64,000 nucleotides of DNA, taken from contig OX597817.1 of NCBI GenBank assembly GCA_951406725.2, positions 67,580,001 to 67,644,000 on the forward strand. The letters are read 5' to 3'. The position numbers and the translations under genes were made by a program. Shown one piece after another: positions 1 to 12,115 of this stretch (position 1 is its first letter; every line of letters begins with the position of its first letter). The notes beneath the pieces are model-generated. The model saw only the letters and a program-made list of their open reading frames with translations, had not been told where the DNA came from and searched no databases. Source of the DNA: Octopus vulgaris (taxonomy: Eukaryota).

Positions 1-111
1 AACTACTTAGAGATACTTTAAAAATGAAAGGATATGGAAATACCGTTTAGCTGCATATTGAATCAGGATATTAACAACACTACCCAATGTAATGTAGCAC
101 ACTGTGGTAAG

Positions 112-298
112 ATTAACCTTGTAGCATTCAAACCAGACATATCTGGCTGAAATATTCTACCTGTTCTATGTTCAAGCCAACCAACTAGATCTGACTTTTC
201 ACACCTACCTTACAATGTCATTCTGAAAATAAGTTACATCATCACAATCTCAAAGCTATGAGATAATGCATGATTAATTCAAAACAGTCTAAATAAAT
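112..298. mobile_element. piggyBac-type MITE fragment (TTAACCCTTTAGCATT family)
   Basis: Starts TTAACCTTGTAGCATTC. Similar in direct or reverse orientation to copies at ~48775-48974, 53992-54154, 54574-54802 and 60829-61058. Right end lost in a (TG)/(TA) tract. Confidence 0.5.
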
Positions 299-305
299 AT
301 GTGTG

Positions 306-349
<44 letters not shown>

Positions 350-547
350 AGGCAAGTATATCACTCTGTAAAGAAACCAGTTTGTCTGGAGCCCATCCAT
401 GGATTTACAATATTACAGTATTAGAATACTTGGAGTTCTTCTCTAATCTAAATAATATTGTTAGCCTGGTGTGCCAACAGAGAGCTTATGAAGTATTTTG
501 CCCAGATTAATAATCCCTCACTATTAGTTCTCTGTCTATATATATAT

Positions 548-1117
548 ATATAGTAATAATAATGATAATCCAAGGATGGAATTTCGTATTTTAATGCATC
601 ACTGTGTGCATTTCCACAAATCACATGTTTGTGACTATATTAGGATGATTACAATATAATTTGTAATATCCATGGATATTAGGGTTAGTCATTGTTCATG
701 CATTCATTTTGTTGGGCAATATAGCATCAGAATTGAAAGTAACAAATGTCGTTACTTCCAACTTTAATGCTGTTATTGCCTGACAAAATGAATGCATGAA
801 CAATGAATGATTAATCATAATATCCGTGGATATTGCAAATTATAATGGATGCAAGGTTATAGTCACAACCAACATGTGTTTTGTGGAAACACATGTAGCG
901 ATGCATTAAAATATTTACTCTTTTACTTGTTTCAGTCATTTGACTGCGGCCATGCTGGTGCACCGTCTTTAGTCGGGCAAATCGACCCCAGGACCTTATT
1001 CTTTGTAAGCCTAGTACTTATTCTATCAGTCTGTTTTGCCGAATCTCTAAGTTACGTGGATGCAAACTCACCAGCATTGGTTGTCAAGCGATGTTGGTGG
1101 GACAAACACACACACAC

Positions 1118-1158
<41 letters not shown>

Positions 1159-1359
1159 TACGACGGGTTTCTTTCAGTTTCCGTCTACCAAGTCCACTCA
1201 CAAGGCTTTGGTCTGCCCGAGGCTATAGTAGAAGACGCTTGCCCAAGATGCCATGCAATGAGACTGAACCTGGAACCATGTAGTTAGTAAGCAAGCTACT
1301 TTCCACACAGCCACTCCTAATATTCCATCGTTAGACTATTATTATTATTATTACTATAT
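548..1359. repeat. ~400-bp fold-back palindrome, right arm interrupted by a SINE; carries a decayed hammerhead-like motif
   Basis: Arm 548-743 is the reverse complement of 751-913 plus 1319-1359, centred on AGTAAC-aaatgtc-GTTACT. The right arm resumes after the SINE at 914-1318. Confidence 0.85.
914..1318 (-). mobile_element. tRNA-derived SINE family A (CORE-like), full length
   Basis: Reverse complement of the 22423-22813 and 23393-23758 copies. Head GGAGTGGCTGTGTGG..GGTTCAGTC (A/B-box-like), CORE-like GGCATCTTGGGCAAG, internal (TA)(TG) tract, tail GAAACAAGTAAAAGAG. Confidence 0.9.
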
Positions 1360-1754
1360 CTTATGTTATATTGGCACCAGTTGGAATTACTAGACTGGAG
1401 CCAGCATAATAACATAGAAACTTTTATGTGTGTGTTTGCATTTTCCTCTGTTTTTCACATTTACTTGCTTATTATAAACATTCAAATGAATGTGTCATTG
1501 CTTACAGTCTTCAACAAAAATATGCATGATTATTAAGAGTGTAAAAGGACTAAATAAAACATTACTTTGCTTGGAGACTAGTGAGGGTTGGTAACAGGAA
1601 AGGCAATTGGCCACACAAAATCTGCCTTGACAAGCTTTTTCTGATGTCTGCAAGCATGGAAGAGTGAACATGAAATGATGATGAAGATGATGATGACAGT
1701 ACATATGTGACCTGTGTATATATATGTATGCATATATATTAATGTGCATGTGTG

Positions 1755-1833
<79 letters not shown>

Positions 1834-1856
1834 GTTTGTGTACATTTCTTCTCTGT

Positions 1857-2199
1857 GAAGGTGCATGGCTCAGTGGTTACAGTGTTGGGCTCACAATCAA
1901 GAGGTAGTGAGTTCAATTCATGGACAACTAGGCTGAGTTGTGCTCTTGAGCAAGACACTTTATTTCATGTTGCTCCAGTTCACTCAGCTGTAGAAATGAG
2001 TTGCGACACCACTGGTGTCAAGCTGTGTAGGTGTTCGCCCTTCTCTTTGATAACCTCAGTGGCATGGAGAGAGGAGGCTGGTATGCATAGGTGACTGCTG
2101 GTCTTCCATAAAGATTCTTGCCTGGACTTGTGCCTAGGAGAGGAATTTTCTAGGTGCAATCCTATGGTCATTCATGACCTAAGGGGGTCTTTATCCTTT
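1857..2199 (+). mobile_element. tRNA-derived SINE, family D-type head with alternative tail
   Basis: TGGCTCAGTGGTTACAG (A box) and GAGTTCAATTC (B box). The 3' half is shared with 42785-43024. Confidence 0.75.
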
Positions 2200-2500
2200 T
2201 ATATATGTTTATGTGTGTGTTTTGCAAGAGTCTCAATGTGAAATTGCTGTTGTACATCAATAAAACATACTCCCAATTTGACATGGCCTTATGTTTCACT
2301 TCAGTTTTATTGCTATTTCCTTTCACAATTATTTCATTTAATCTGTGCATCAATTTATTTCTTAATTTAATAATTATCTGATTAATAGTAAAACAAGTGA
2401 AATAAAACCAGAATGTATTTTGTATTGGAGTTGTGACCCATTCAAACAACTCTGTGTGTGTGTGTGTGTGTGTGTACATGAGAGTATATATGTATATATA

Positions 2501-2656
2501 TATGGATCAAAGCAGTTTGATTCAAATTTGTTGGTACACCGAGTTTCAAGCATGATGCTAATCCTCTGGCACTGGGAATTCCCAATAGCTGAGGATTGAC
2601 ATCAGGCTTGAAACTCAGAGTACCAATGAATTTGAATTAAACTATTTTGATCCATA
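2501..2656. repeat. 156-bp fold-back palindrome with a hammerhead-like motif
   Basis: TATGGATCAAA...TTTGATCCATA arms around the centre GGGAATTCCC (2574-2583); adjacent to a TA-rich tract. Confidence 0.85.
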
Positions 2657-3930
2657 CATGTAACTCACAATAAATGTGTTGAGTGGCCTACTTTCATTTG
2701 TCTACTCGTATGTATGTGTATATATGTGTGTACGTACACTCACATTCATGTATATTCATCATCGCTATCATTTTCTACTTATCCATAATTGCATGTGTCT
2801 GACTAAATTGTGGCAGATTTTTCGATATTAGATGCCCCTTCTGTTGCCTGTTTCTGAGAAAGGTAATATTTCCCCGTGGCTAAACATGATTTTGCAGAAT
2901 ATTGGAAATGAATGACATTCATTTACAAAAATAATGGGACACACACACACTCATTGGCTTCTTTTTAGTTTCTGGTTGGCTCAGGGATGTATAGTATAAG
3001 GCACTTGCTCAGACATATATATGTATATATTTTATGCTTTTTATCTTTTACTTGTTTTAGTCATTAGACTGCTGCTATGCTGGGGCACCACCCTCAAGTA
3101 CTTTGGTTGGCTGAATTTACACCAGTTCTCTTAGTCTCGTTTGCTGAATTGCCAAGTTACAGGAACATAAACACACTAACATTTGTTGTCAATATGTTTT
3201 GAATATGTTTTCAAATGACAGTCTTTACCATGCCAAACACCCACAGTGCATGGTGTTCCCATTTTGGACCTTCTTGTCAGAGGAATGATGCAAAAGAATT
3301 GTATTTTGGTTACCTGTGTGGAATTTAAAATATAAATAATATTGAGGCAACACATTGATAAGAGACAGTCAGAGGCTAATACATTAATTGAAAAGGTTGA
3401 AGGAAGATTGATTGAAATTTGAATTCATACTTTGATCACTTGCCCTGAAGAAAAGTCAGTAAAATCACAAATATAGCTTTCCTTTTCATAACAAGGAAAC
3501 ATGCTGACCAAGATGACTGTTTACACATGATGAACTGACAATAACACAACTCAAAACAAAATTAGAATCAGCTGTACTAATATGACCATTATGAGAACAG
3601 AATTTGAAGAAGAAAACAGAAAGTGACAGTTTCCTCTGAATGCTGTGATTCCTGTGATTGTGATTGGAAAATATCAAATGAATGGATCGACTTTGTGGTT
3701 TGATGACTTGAGAGTACCATTGAGATTTTTCACACATAAGTAAAAGATTATGTCCAGTTCATGTGCAAAAAGTTTTAAAGCTGTAGGATTTGGGCACTTC
3801 TGGGAATTTGGCTTTGAGTACACAGCAGTGTTGGGGGAAAACGGTGTTGTGTTTTCATTTTGATTTGAGAAAACAAAGTACTTTATTTTGAGAAATACAT
3901 TCTTTTCTCTTCAAATTCAAATTCAAATTC

Positions 3931-4035
3931 AGGCTATAGTAGAAGACACTTGCCCAAGGTGCCACGCAGTGGGACTAAACCCAGAACCATGTGGTTGGTA
4001 AGTAAGCTACTTACCACACAGCCACTCCTACGCCT
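3931..4035 (-). mobile_element. SINE family A 5' fragment
   Basis: Near-consensus reverse complement of the family A head. Confidence 0.85.
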
Positions 4036-4979
4036 AGTAGTTAGTGGGTGACAAGAAAAAGAAGAATTAAATTAGGTCTCAGAAAAGAAATATGATTATT
4101 ATGTACTTTACAGGTGAATGCAATACATTCATACATACATACATGAATGCGTACAGATAAGGATTTAGTAATTCTGCTTGGCTGTCAGTTATGATATGGG
4201 CATTGTGCCCTATAACCCTTATCTGCCTCATATTTCTTGGTGACCTTCACCTGCTGAAGGCAATTTATTAAGAAAAGAACCAACTGAATGTTTAAAATCT
4301 TTGGTGTTATCATTCCTTTTAAAAAATTGTTTTTTTTTTGTTTTTGTTTGCTTTTAGATATTTTAATTTTTGTTATTTTATTTTAATTTTTATTATTTTT
4401 TTTACACATCATTACAAGAAAACAAATTTGAGTTGTGTTGTTATACCAAATAGGCATTTTTAAAAAATATTCTTCTCTTTATTGATAGAGAGAGAGAGAA
4501 AGACAATGTAAAAGAGAGAAAAATATCTCTTTCCCCCACACTCTCTCTGTCTGTCTCTCTCTTTCTCTCTGTTGCTGTTACTCCTAAAGGAAAAGCAATA
4601 AATACCTGCTGCAGAGTGTTCTCTCAGCCCAAAGCTTCTTGCTTTCTTTTTCTTTCTTCCTTTCTTTCTCTCTTTCTTTCCCTTTCTTTCATTTTGTTTT
4701 CATTACACTTCTTTTGTAAAAGGGTGATGTTTTCTTCCATTCCTTCTTTCAGATTCATTTCAATTGCTTGATTTCATTCTTCCTAAAGTACTTTTCTGAA
4801 AAGGCACTTTAACATTTTCTTCAAAAGTATTCGATTCCTTTAAATAAACTTTTTGTTTTTTTCTCTCACATTCTTAATGATCTTTGCTGCAATTAAAATA
4901 GTTATCATTTACCTTTACTTGTAATAAGCCTCTCCCCATCTTTGTAATATATTCTCAATCTAAAATAGATTCTCACACA

Positions 4980-4980
<1 letters not shown>

Positions 4981-5025
<45 letters not shown>
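4981..5025. repeat. (ATT)n microsatellite
   Basis: Perfect trinucleotide tract. Confidence 0.95.
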
Positions 5026-6044
5026 GATAAGTCATTTATCATGTTTGTTTTGTTTTGTTGCACCAAAGTTACGGTTTATCAATTTAATTAATATTGCATT
5101 TTATAGTTGAATGACTTTCTGCATGAATACACATGTCTATGTCAGTTGGTGTTTTTATTCAATGCAAAAATAAAAAAAAGAGCAAGCTAATTGTATTTTC
5201 GTCTTTCTCTTTCTCTAAGGTTGCTTCTTCCATGGTTTAAATTGTTCTTGTGTTTTGTTCATCTATTAATAAGGCTGTCAACTTTTTCCTTCTTATTTTC
5301 TTAAAACAGGTTTCTTTTATAAGATTCCTGTCTCTTGCTCTTGTTTTCTTTTAATTCAACAAGCAGCATGAAGATTCTCGGCTTAGATAGATTCTTATGC
5401 ACTTCAGTTCTGCAGTAGTGATAACACACTCACACACACAGACACACAGAGTCTCCCCCACCTTCTTTCTCTAATGCGTCTCTCCTACAAATCTTTAAAT
5501 ACATAAGCAAAACACTTTAAGAGTGCCCATGACGTTTGGTGCAATCAATTCAATAGAAATAGTCAAAAAGTAGTTTGTGAATTTGAATGCCATCAGAGAT
5601 CCACATTTACCTTCCTTGTTTAGTTAAAGGATAGAAAACTTAGTAGCAATAATATGTTATAATTTTTTTTTTGTTTTTAACATTTACATTTGCTGTTTTT
5701 GTTGATAAGTTATTTAATCATTGTTGATGTTTAGGTGTTTAGCTTCCACCCCTGTTTGGGTCAGATTAAGAAGACTTATGATGACATACAAATATACACA
5801 TACATATTGTTGTGTGTGTGTGTGTGTGACTATGTGGTTAAGAAGCTAGCTTCTCGAATCCCAACCATGTGATCTTGGGTAAGTGTCTTCTACTATAGTC
5901 CCAACCAATCAGTGCCTTTGTGTGGATTTGGTAGACAGAAACATGTCGTGTGTGTGTATACGACAGGTCTCTTTAGTTTCTGTGTACATGCACACACATA
6001 AACAAAATGATGGAAACAGTTTGTTAATGGAAATTTTATCTTTT

Positions 6045-6581
6045 AATATAGTGTTGATTTATTGTTGGCATCACTAACAACTTCTATGCATCGAGGAATT
6101 GACTTGTACAGGGTCTAAATCATTGTTAGGGAAATATTGAGCCATTCTTCAAATAAACTATGCTATAGTTCTTTCAACAATATTAGTGGATGGAAGCAGT
6201 TCCACACTTGCTTGTCCAAAATGTACCATAAATATTCCATTATATTGAAATCCACTGATTCTGTGTGTGTTAGGGGTAATCCAAGTAGTCTGCTTCACTT
6301 TTGGCGCCCTTTGTACCAATTTTAAATAACATTTATGTGAATTGGTGCATTTTCATCCTGGATGATTGTACTACAGGGAACATTGTACTATAGGATTTGC
6401 CAAAATACTCAGATATTCCTTTGTCATGATCAACAATCAAGGTGTCAAGAAAATTCTGTGATATAGCTGTCCACAGAGCCATTTCCATGCTTCACGGTAG
6501 AGACCAAACAGTTAGAGCTGTAGGTTTCTTTGGACTGTCTCTGGACATAAACTCACCTTAAAGTGGGGAAAATGGTAAATG
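6045..6581 (-). pseudogene. Degenerate Tc1-family transposase (catalytic domain to C-terminus)
   Basis: Minus-strand pieces FTIFPTLR*VYVQRQSKETYSSNCLVSTVKHGNGSV, IIQDENAPIH, SVDFNIMEYLWYILDKQV and LFEEWLNI..TLYKSIPRCIEVV match the Tc1 motifs TVKHGGGSV, QDDNAPxH, SPDLNxIExLW and SIPRRI. Stops and frameshifts present. Confidence 0.85.
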
Positions 6582-6583
6582 TA

Positions 6584-6731
6584 TGAGAGGGTGCTGAAAA
6601 GTTCCTGGCTTTAAGGGTGTTGTGAAAAGCATTGTTGGAGGCCCAAACTTCAGAGTTCCTTTATAGGGCTTAGAAAAACTGAAGGGCCACTGCAATAAGT
6701 GTGTGAATCAGAGAAGGGAATATGTTAAATG
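6584..6731 (+). mobile_element. mariner-derived MITE fragment inserted at TA into the Tc1 remnant
   Basis: TA-TGAGAGGGTGCTGAAAAGTTCCTGGCTTTAAGGG terminus, also seen at ~53914-53950. Followed by a mariner C-terminal-like peptide GLEKLKGHCNKCVNQRREYVK*. Confidence 0.6.
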
Positions 6732-6934
6732 ATGCTTGTTTGCAACCATCATGTAAGGTCTAGACAAGGGTACACAAACACCTATATACACACTTACATT
6801 TATACATATATATATGTATATATATACATGTATATATACATGTGTGTATATATGAGATCCAGAAATCTGATTGAATCTTCCATGTGTTAACATGTACCTC
6901 CTTGCAACAATGTAAACTTTCATTTATTCAAGAT

Positions 6935-7031
6935 ATCCTTTGCCTGAAGAGTAGCATGTGGTTTACACACCTCGCTTGGATATTTACCACTTCTGAGGTT
7001 CCACTCGCTATGAAACATATATAACCTGGAT
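6935..7031 (+). ncRNA. Type I hammerhead-ribozyme-like motif (decayed)
   Basis: CTGAAGA (6944-50); long stem II GTAGC/GCTAT, GTGG/CCAC, ACCTC/GAGGT; GAAA (7012-15); CATATA-TA; outer ATCC/GGAT. The element is flanked by TA-rich tracts. Confidence 0.55.
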
Positions 7032-8524
7032 TTTATCTACTCCATTCCTTAACCATGTATATATATATATATAATGTGTGTGTGTGTGTATTTCACTTGT
7101 TTCAGTCATTACACTATGGCCATACACACACTCACATACACATGATGGCCTTCTTTCAACTTTCATCGATCAAATCCACTTAGAAGGTTTTGATGTCCAA
7201 GGCTATAAGTAGAAGATGCTCAAGGTACCATGTAATGAAACTGAACCCAAGACTACATGGTTGGGAAGTAAGCTTCTTAATCACTCAACCATGCTTTGTA
7301 TCTATTTTCTTTGTACTTTTTTAATAACATCTTCAGATACTTTTAACTTGATATACTATCTCATTTTATGCTTTGCTTCAGGTCAGCCCAAATAGAACAG
7401 ACATTGAAAAACTTTCCAACTATAACTATCCCCTCTCAAAAATATATCTGGAACTACATTATCCAATCTATCCTCCCAGTTTGAGGACAGTTGCAAGAGA
7501 TTGCAGGAAGAATTTGCTGCTATTTCTAGCATGTTGTGTAACTGGCATAGAGGTTCTTCCCTTAGCTAATCAGTAGAAGTATGTGCTTGTGAGAGAGACA
7601 TTTGTTATTAAGTGGGGTGGGTATTGTTGCTTCAGTTACATTTATTTTAGCCTGTCAATCTTGCAACCCAAACAAGACTTACTACATCAACTATGAGTTT
7701 AAGTATGCTTCATAATGAAATATATGCTGAAAAGAAGTGTATTGCTTTTACATTTTGTGCAACAGCATCTAGGAAAACTGATTCACAGCAGCAAGATATT
7801 TATATTTATATTTATTCTCTAGGGGCTTTAATTTAGGTTGTTGACTTTTACGAGTCTTTTACATGCTGTTCATTTTTTTAAATCTTTTTTTTTTTTTCAG
7901 AAGTGGTGGGGTTGTCTCAAGTTTCTTCTCTTTATATACTGCTTTACTGACTCTTATTGACTGACCTACAGATGCTAGTGTTACTCTGTATCAGCCTGAA
8001 TTTGTAATAAAATATTATTGAGTTGATCATGTTTAACTCTTTTGATATCAAATCGCCTGAGACTGTCTGAGGTACTGTTTTACAAAAACATCTTGTTTTA
8101 AAGAGCCCATACTTAATTCTAAATTGTCTGTAATAATTTTATGCAACAATGTTTTCGTAAGTTGTGTTCTAAACTCAGCAAAGGAAAAGTTAACAATTTT
8201 ATGAAATCTCTGCTGAATTATTGATCGGTTTTGAAATTAAATGAAATGCATAAATCGTGTATTTCATAAGAAATATTTTCACGAAAGGATTAATATTACC
8301 ATACTTTCTTTTTTTTTTCTTTTCCTGAATAAAGAATGAAGCTGATGAAATTAAAAAAAAAGCAGTAAACACTTGTGTTTTCTTATGCTGCTTTTACATT
8401 TTAGTTGAATTGCTCAAAAATAATTATGAGTATATGAATAAAAGGAAGGGAAGATGTGCAGTCTAGTGGTCTACAAAGTTTTGGGTTCATGATCATAAGA
8501 TTGTGCATTCAATTATTAGACATG

Positions 8525-8810
8525 CCGGTACTACATAAAAAGGACCTTGTGCATTCAATTATTTGATGTGCTGGTGCTACGTAAAAAGGACGTATGTCAG
8601 TGCCATGTAGTTAGCACTGGTGCTGGTGTCATGTAGAAAGCACCCAGTACACACTGTAAAGTGGTTGGCATTAAGAACGGTATCCAGCTGTAGAAATCTT
8701 GGCAAAACAGACAATTGGAGCTGATACTCCTTTCCAGCTGTCCAGCTCCTATCAAACCATCCAACCCATGCTAGCATGGAAAATGGATGTTAAATTATGG
8801 TGATGATGAC
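8525..8810 (+). mobile_element. RTE-type 3'-UTR/tail fragment (family C)
   Basis: CACCCAGTACACACTGTAAAGTGGTTGGCATTAAG..CCAACCCATGCTAGCATGGAAA..(GAT)n, homologous to 56420-56595. Confidence 0.75.
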
Positions 8811-9639
8811 TTTTCTCTTTGAGCAAGGTGTTTTAGTTCATGTTGTTCCAGTTTACTCTACTGATAAAGAGCACCAACTCATTGTTGGTATAGCCCTCTT
8901 CCCTCAAGCTGATACTTTCTGGATGGCCTGCTGGTGCAAGGAACAGGAGTTTGGTCCTGCGATGGCGTCTATGCCTACCCACAGTTACACAGGCACCTAA
9001 CACAATTAGTGAAACCGTAGTTCACACAACCAAGTTATGCTCACTTGTGAATGACAGCTGTGCTATTTTAAATGCTTATTATTCATGAATAATTATCTTA
9101 ATCTAAATATTTTTAGAAATTTACTGACATTTTTATTGTTAATATTATCCATGTTTTGTTCAAATATTCTTTCAAAATAGAATTTAATAGTGCATTTTAA
9201 AGGGGTCAGTGGAAAAAGAAAAAAGTAAAAAAGAAAAATTTTTTTTAATCATCTGTAAATCAAATTAGGAGGTAAGGCAGACAAAAACATCTAGGACAAA
9301 CTCACCTCTCTCCTTGATTTTCTGATGGATCTGTTGGGACTGATTGTGCACAGGTTTGGGAGGAGACAGGCTCCAATCATATGAAGTATGCAACAGATTG
9401 CTTGTGAGAATTACCATTGGTGACTATACTAACCTGTTTTTAAATCACACTGATGATGTGGGGCCTTTCTTGCTTGTTCTGGTATTCTGCTAGGGAGCTC
9501 TTTTGGGACGAGAAATTTTCTGTACCTGGACAAAATGCAGAACAAAGATGAAGGTGATTGGAATTATGAGGAAACCCTGATGTCCTTATTACCTCTCTTA
9601 ATTTTATCTGTGTTTATATATTTTACTTTATATAATTTT

Positions 9640-9722
9640 GTAGCACCTTTGTGTCTTCCCCCAAAATTTCAGGCCTTGTGCTTTTAGTAGAAAGGATTAT
9701 TATTATTATTATTAATTTATTA

Positions 9723-9784
<62 letters not shown>

Positions 9785-9803
9785 GCTGCTGCTGCTGCTG
9801 CTG
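9640..9803 (+). repeat. SINE family B 3' end with (ATT)n(GCT)n tail
   Basis: CCCCCAAAATTTCAGGCCTTGTGC..AGAAAGG followed by (ATT)n. A further degenerate family B copy follows to ~10000. Confidence 0.7.
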
Positions 9804-10604
9804 CAAACTAGCAGAACCCTTAAAGCATTGATCAAAATGCTTAGCAGCATTTTTTTTAACCTACCTTTTATGCTCTAAGTGTTCAACTTCACTTTTCATG
9901 CTTTTGGGGTCGACTAAATAATTAAGATACCAGACAAACACTGGAATTGATGTAATTGATGGTCCTACTGCCCTCAAAATAACTGGTCTTATGATAAAAT
10001 TTTCAATACAATTATTATAATTGATATTTAGCTTCAAGTCAGACCTATAGAACAGACTGATAAAAGTAATAAAAGTACTACAGCTGTGACCAATTTTGTA
10101 TTATATTCATTCAATCCATAGTATATTTACAACTGTATTTTCCATTGTATTTTAAACAGTAGCATTTGATTTGAAAGAAACTTGGTTTGCTATTTTTGTT
10201 ACAGGTTAAGTGGCCTCATTAGAATAGCCCTCCTAATATAAACACATGAGTCAATGAAAATGCTAAATAATCAGAAAAATAAATCTATTCAGCACTTTTG
10301 AATATCAATACCATGTGATGTTTGTTAAATCTAACATATTGAATAATCCTAATGACTTTACATCTGACGTGTCAGATATGAAATGTCATACCAAAAATCA
10401 GTGCTGGCTATAATTTCGATAGAATATCTGGCAAGATAACCTAAACAAATACTGAATAAAGTTCTTTTGTCCTCTTTCAAAGATTTCATTTGTCTTCTTT
10501 GGAAGCTTTTTTACTTACTTATGTAGAAGTTTGTATTAAGTTTTCTAATATTGTTCTGTGAAAAATAAGAAAACTTTCCTGACTTTAATTCTTTTATCGT
10601 TTGT

Positions 10605-10937
10605 TTTTTACTTGTTTCAGTCATTTGACTGTGACCAGCCATGCTGGGGCACCACCTTGAAGGGTTTTAGTCAAACAAATTGACTCTAAATTTTATGTTT
10701 TAGTCTTGTACTTATTCCATCAGTCTCTTATGCTGAACTGCTAAGTTGCTGGGACAGATACGAAGATACACAGACACACACACACACACACACACATATA
10801 TATGACAGGCTTCTTTCAGTTTCCGTCTTCTAATCCACATGCATAGTAGAAGACATTTGCTAAAGGTGCCACACAGTCGAACTGAACCTTGAACTACATG
10901 GTTGGGAAGCAAGCTTCTTACCACACAGCCATGTCTG
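10605..10937 (-). mobile_element. SINE family A, internally deleted
   Basis: Reverse-complement head and GAAACAAGTAAAA tail. Confidence 0.8.
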
Positions 10938-11036
10938 TACTGTTTTTTTGTATTATTAACTGTTACGTTGGGGCACTATCTAAAGTAAATCTAAACAATC
11001 TAGAACATAGTAGGGCCTAGATGGTTTTAATGAAAA

Positions 11037-11396
11037 CTAGCAGTATCGCCCGGCGTTGCTCAGGTTTGTATAAAGCATTTTTAGAGAGTAATAGCAAAAA
11101 AATGGAAAAAAATGATGGTAAATTTTTTTTTGAGAGTTAAAAAAGGATGGAGTTGCGTCCCCTAGACAGTTTGTGGTTCGTGTTTCTGATTCTCGACCCC
11201 ATGTCGAATTTATCGATTTTTTTCAGAACTGGGGAAACTTTTCAAAATTTTGGCTGCGTTAGTTTTGAATTATGACATTGGGCTATGTGTGTGTCAAGTT
11301 TCATCAGAACCGGTTGAAAGCCGTGGTCAGGGTGAGGGTACAAGCAAACAGACACACAAACACGCACAGACAAACTGCCGTTTATATATAGAGAGA
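11037..11396 (-). mobile_element. Non-autonomous Helitron
   Basis: Minus strand begins A|TCTCTCTATATATAAACGGCAGTTTGTCTGTG and ends with a GC-rich hairpin-like CCTGAGCAACGCCGGGCG then CTAG|T. Inserted between A and T with no TSD. Confidence 0.8.
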
Positions 11397-12058
11397 TATG
11401 GACAGCAGATGTTTTCAAATAATGTAAAACCAGTTTTCTTTTTCTTTTTAACTGGTTTCAGTAATCATACTACGATCATGCTGAACATTATCCTCAAGAT
11501 TTTGTTGATTATATAAGGCCTCAATACATAGTCTCATAGTTACTTATTGACTTCTTAATAAGGAAGAGGTGAAGTCATCCAAGGCATAATGAGATGCAAC
11601 TAGGATGAAACAAAATACCACAAGATATTTTTTTTCTTCAACACAAGGATATACTTGTATATGTTCTGTGTATGTATGTGTAGTAAAGTTCCATTAATCC
11701 AGTGCCCTTAGGATCTCTGTACTGAATGGATTATCAAAAGAAATCTGGTGTATGAAAACTCAGTCTTGAAAAACAAAATCATATTTTTAAACCAAGTCAT
11801 TAAGTATGTAACCATATTTTGGCAGCCTCAGTATCTGCTAACTTTTTTCACCAGACAAATTAAATTTACAAATGGCAATAAAATTGTATTTTAAAGTTTC
11901 TAAAGTACGCAACAGTAAGCACACATCTCTCTATAATAACCATATCATTGTATAATTTATTTTGCATTTTCAGTGATCATTAGGTGTGAAACCAGTGTAA
12001 TCTTTGGTTGTTTTGCACTTAAATAACATTGCGCTTTGTTCTGAAAGCCTTGCTTTTA

Positions 12059-12112
<54 letters not shown>

Positions 12113-12115
<3 letters not shown>

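Noticed and set aside
4480-5480. CT-rich, TE-poor stretch suggestive of a promoter or UTR (also 59900-60800)
   Set aside because: Composition only; no specific element can be supported.
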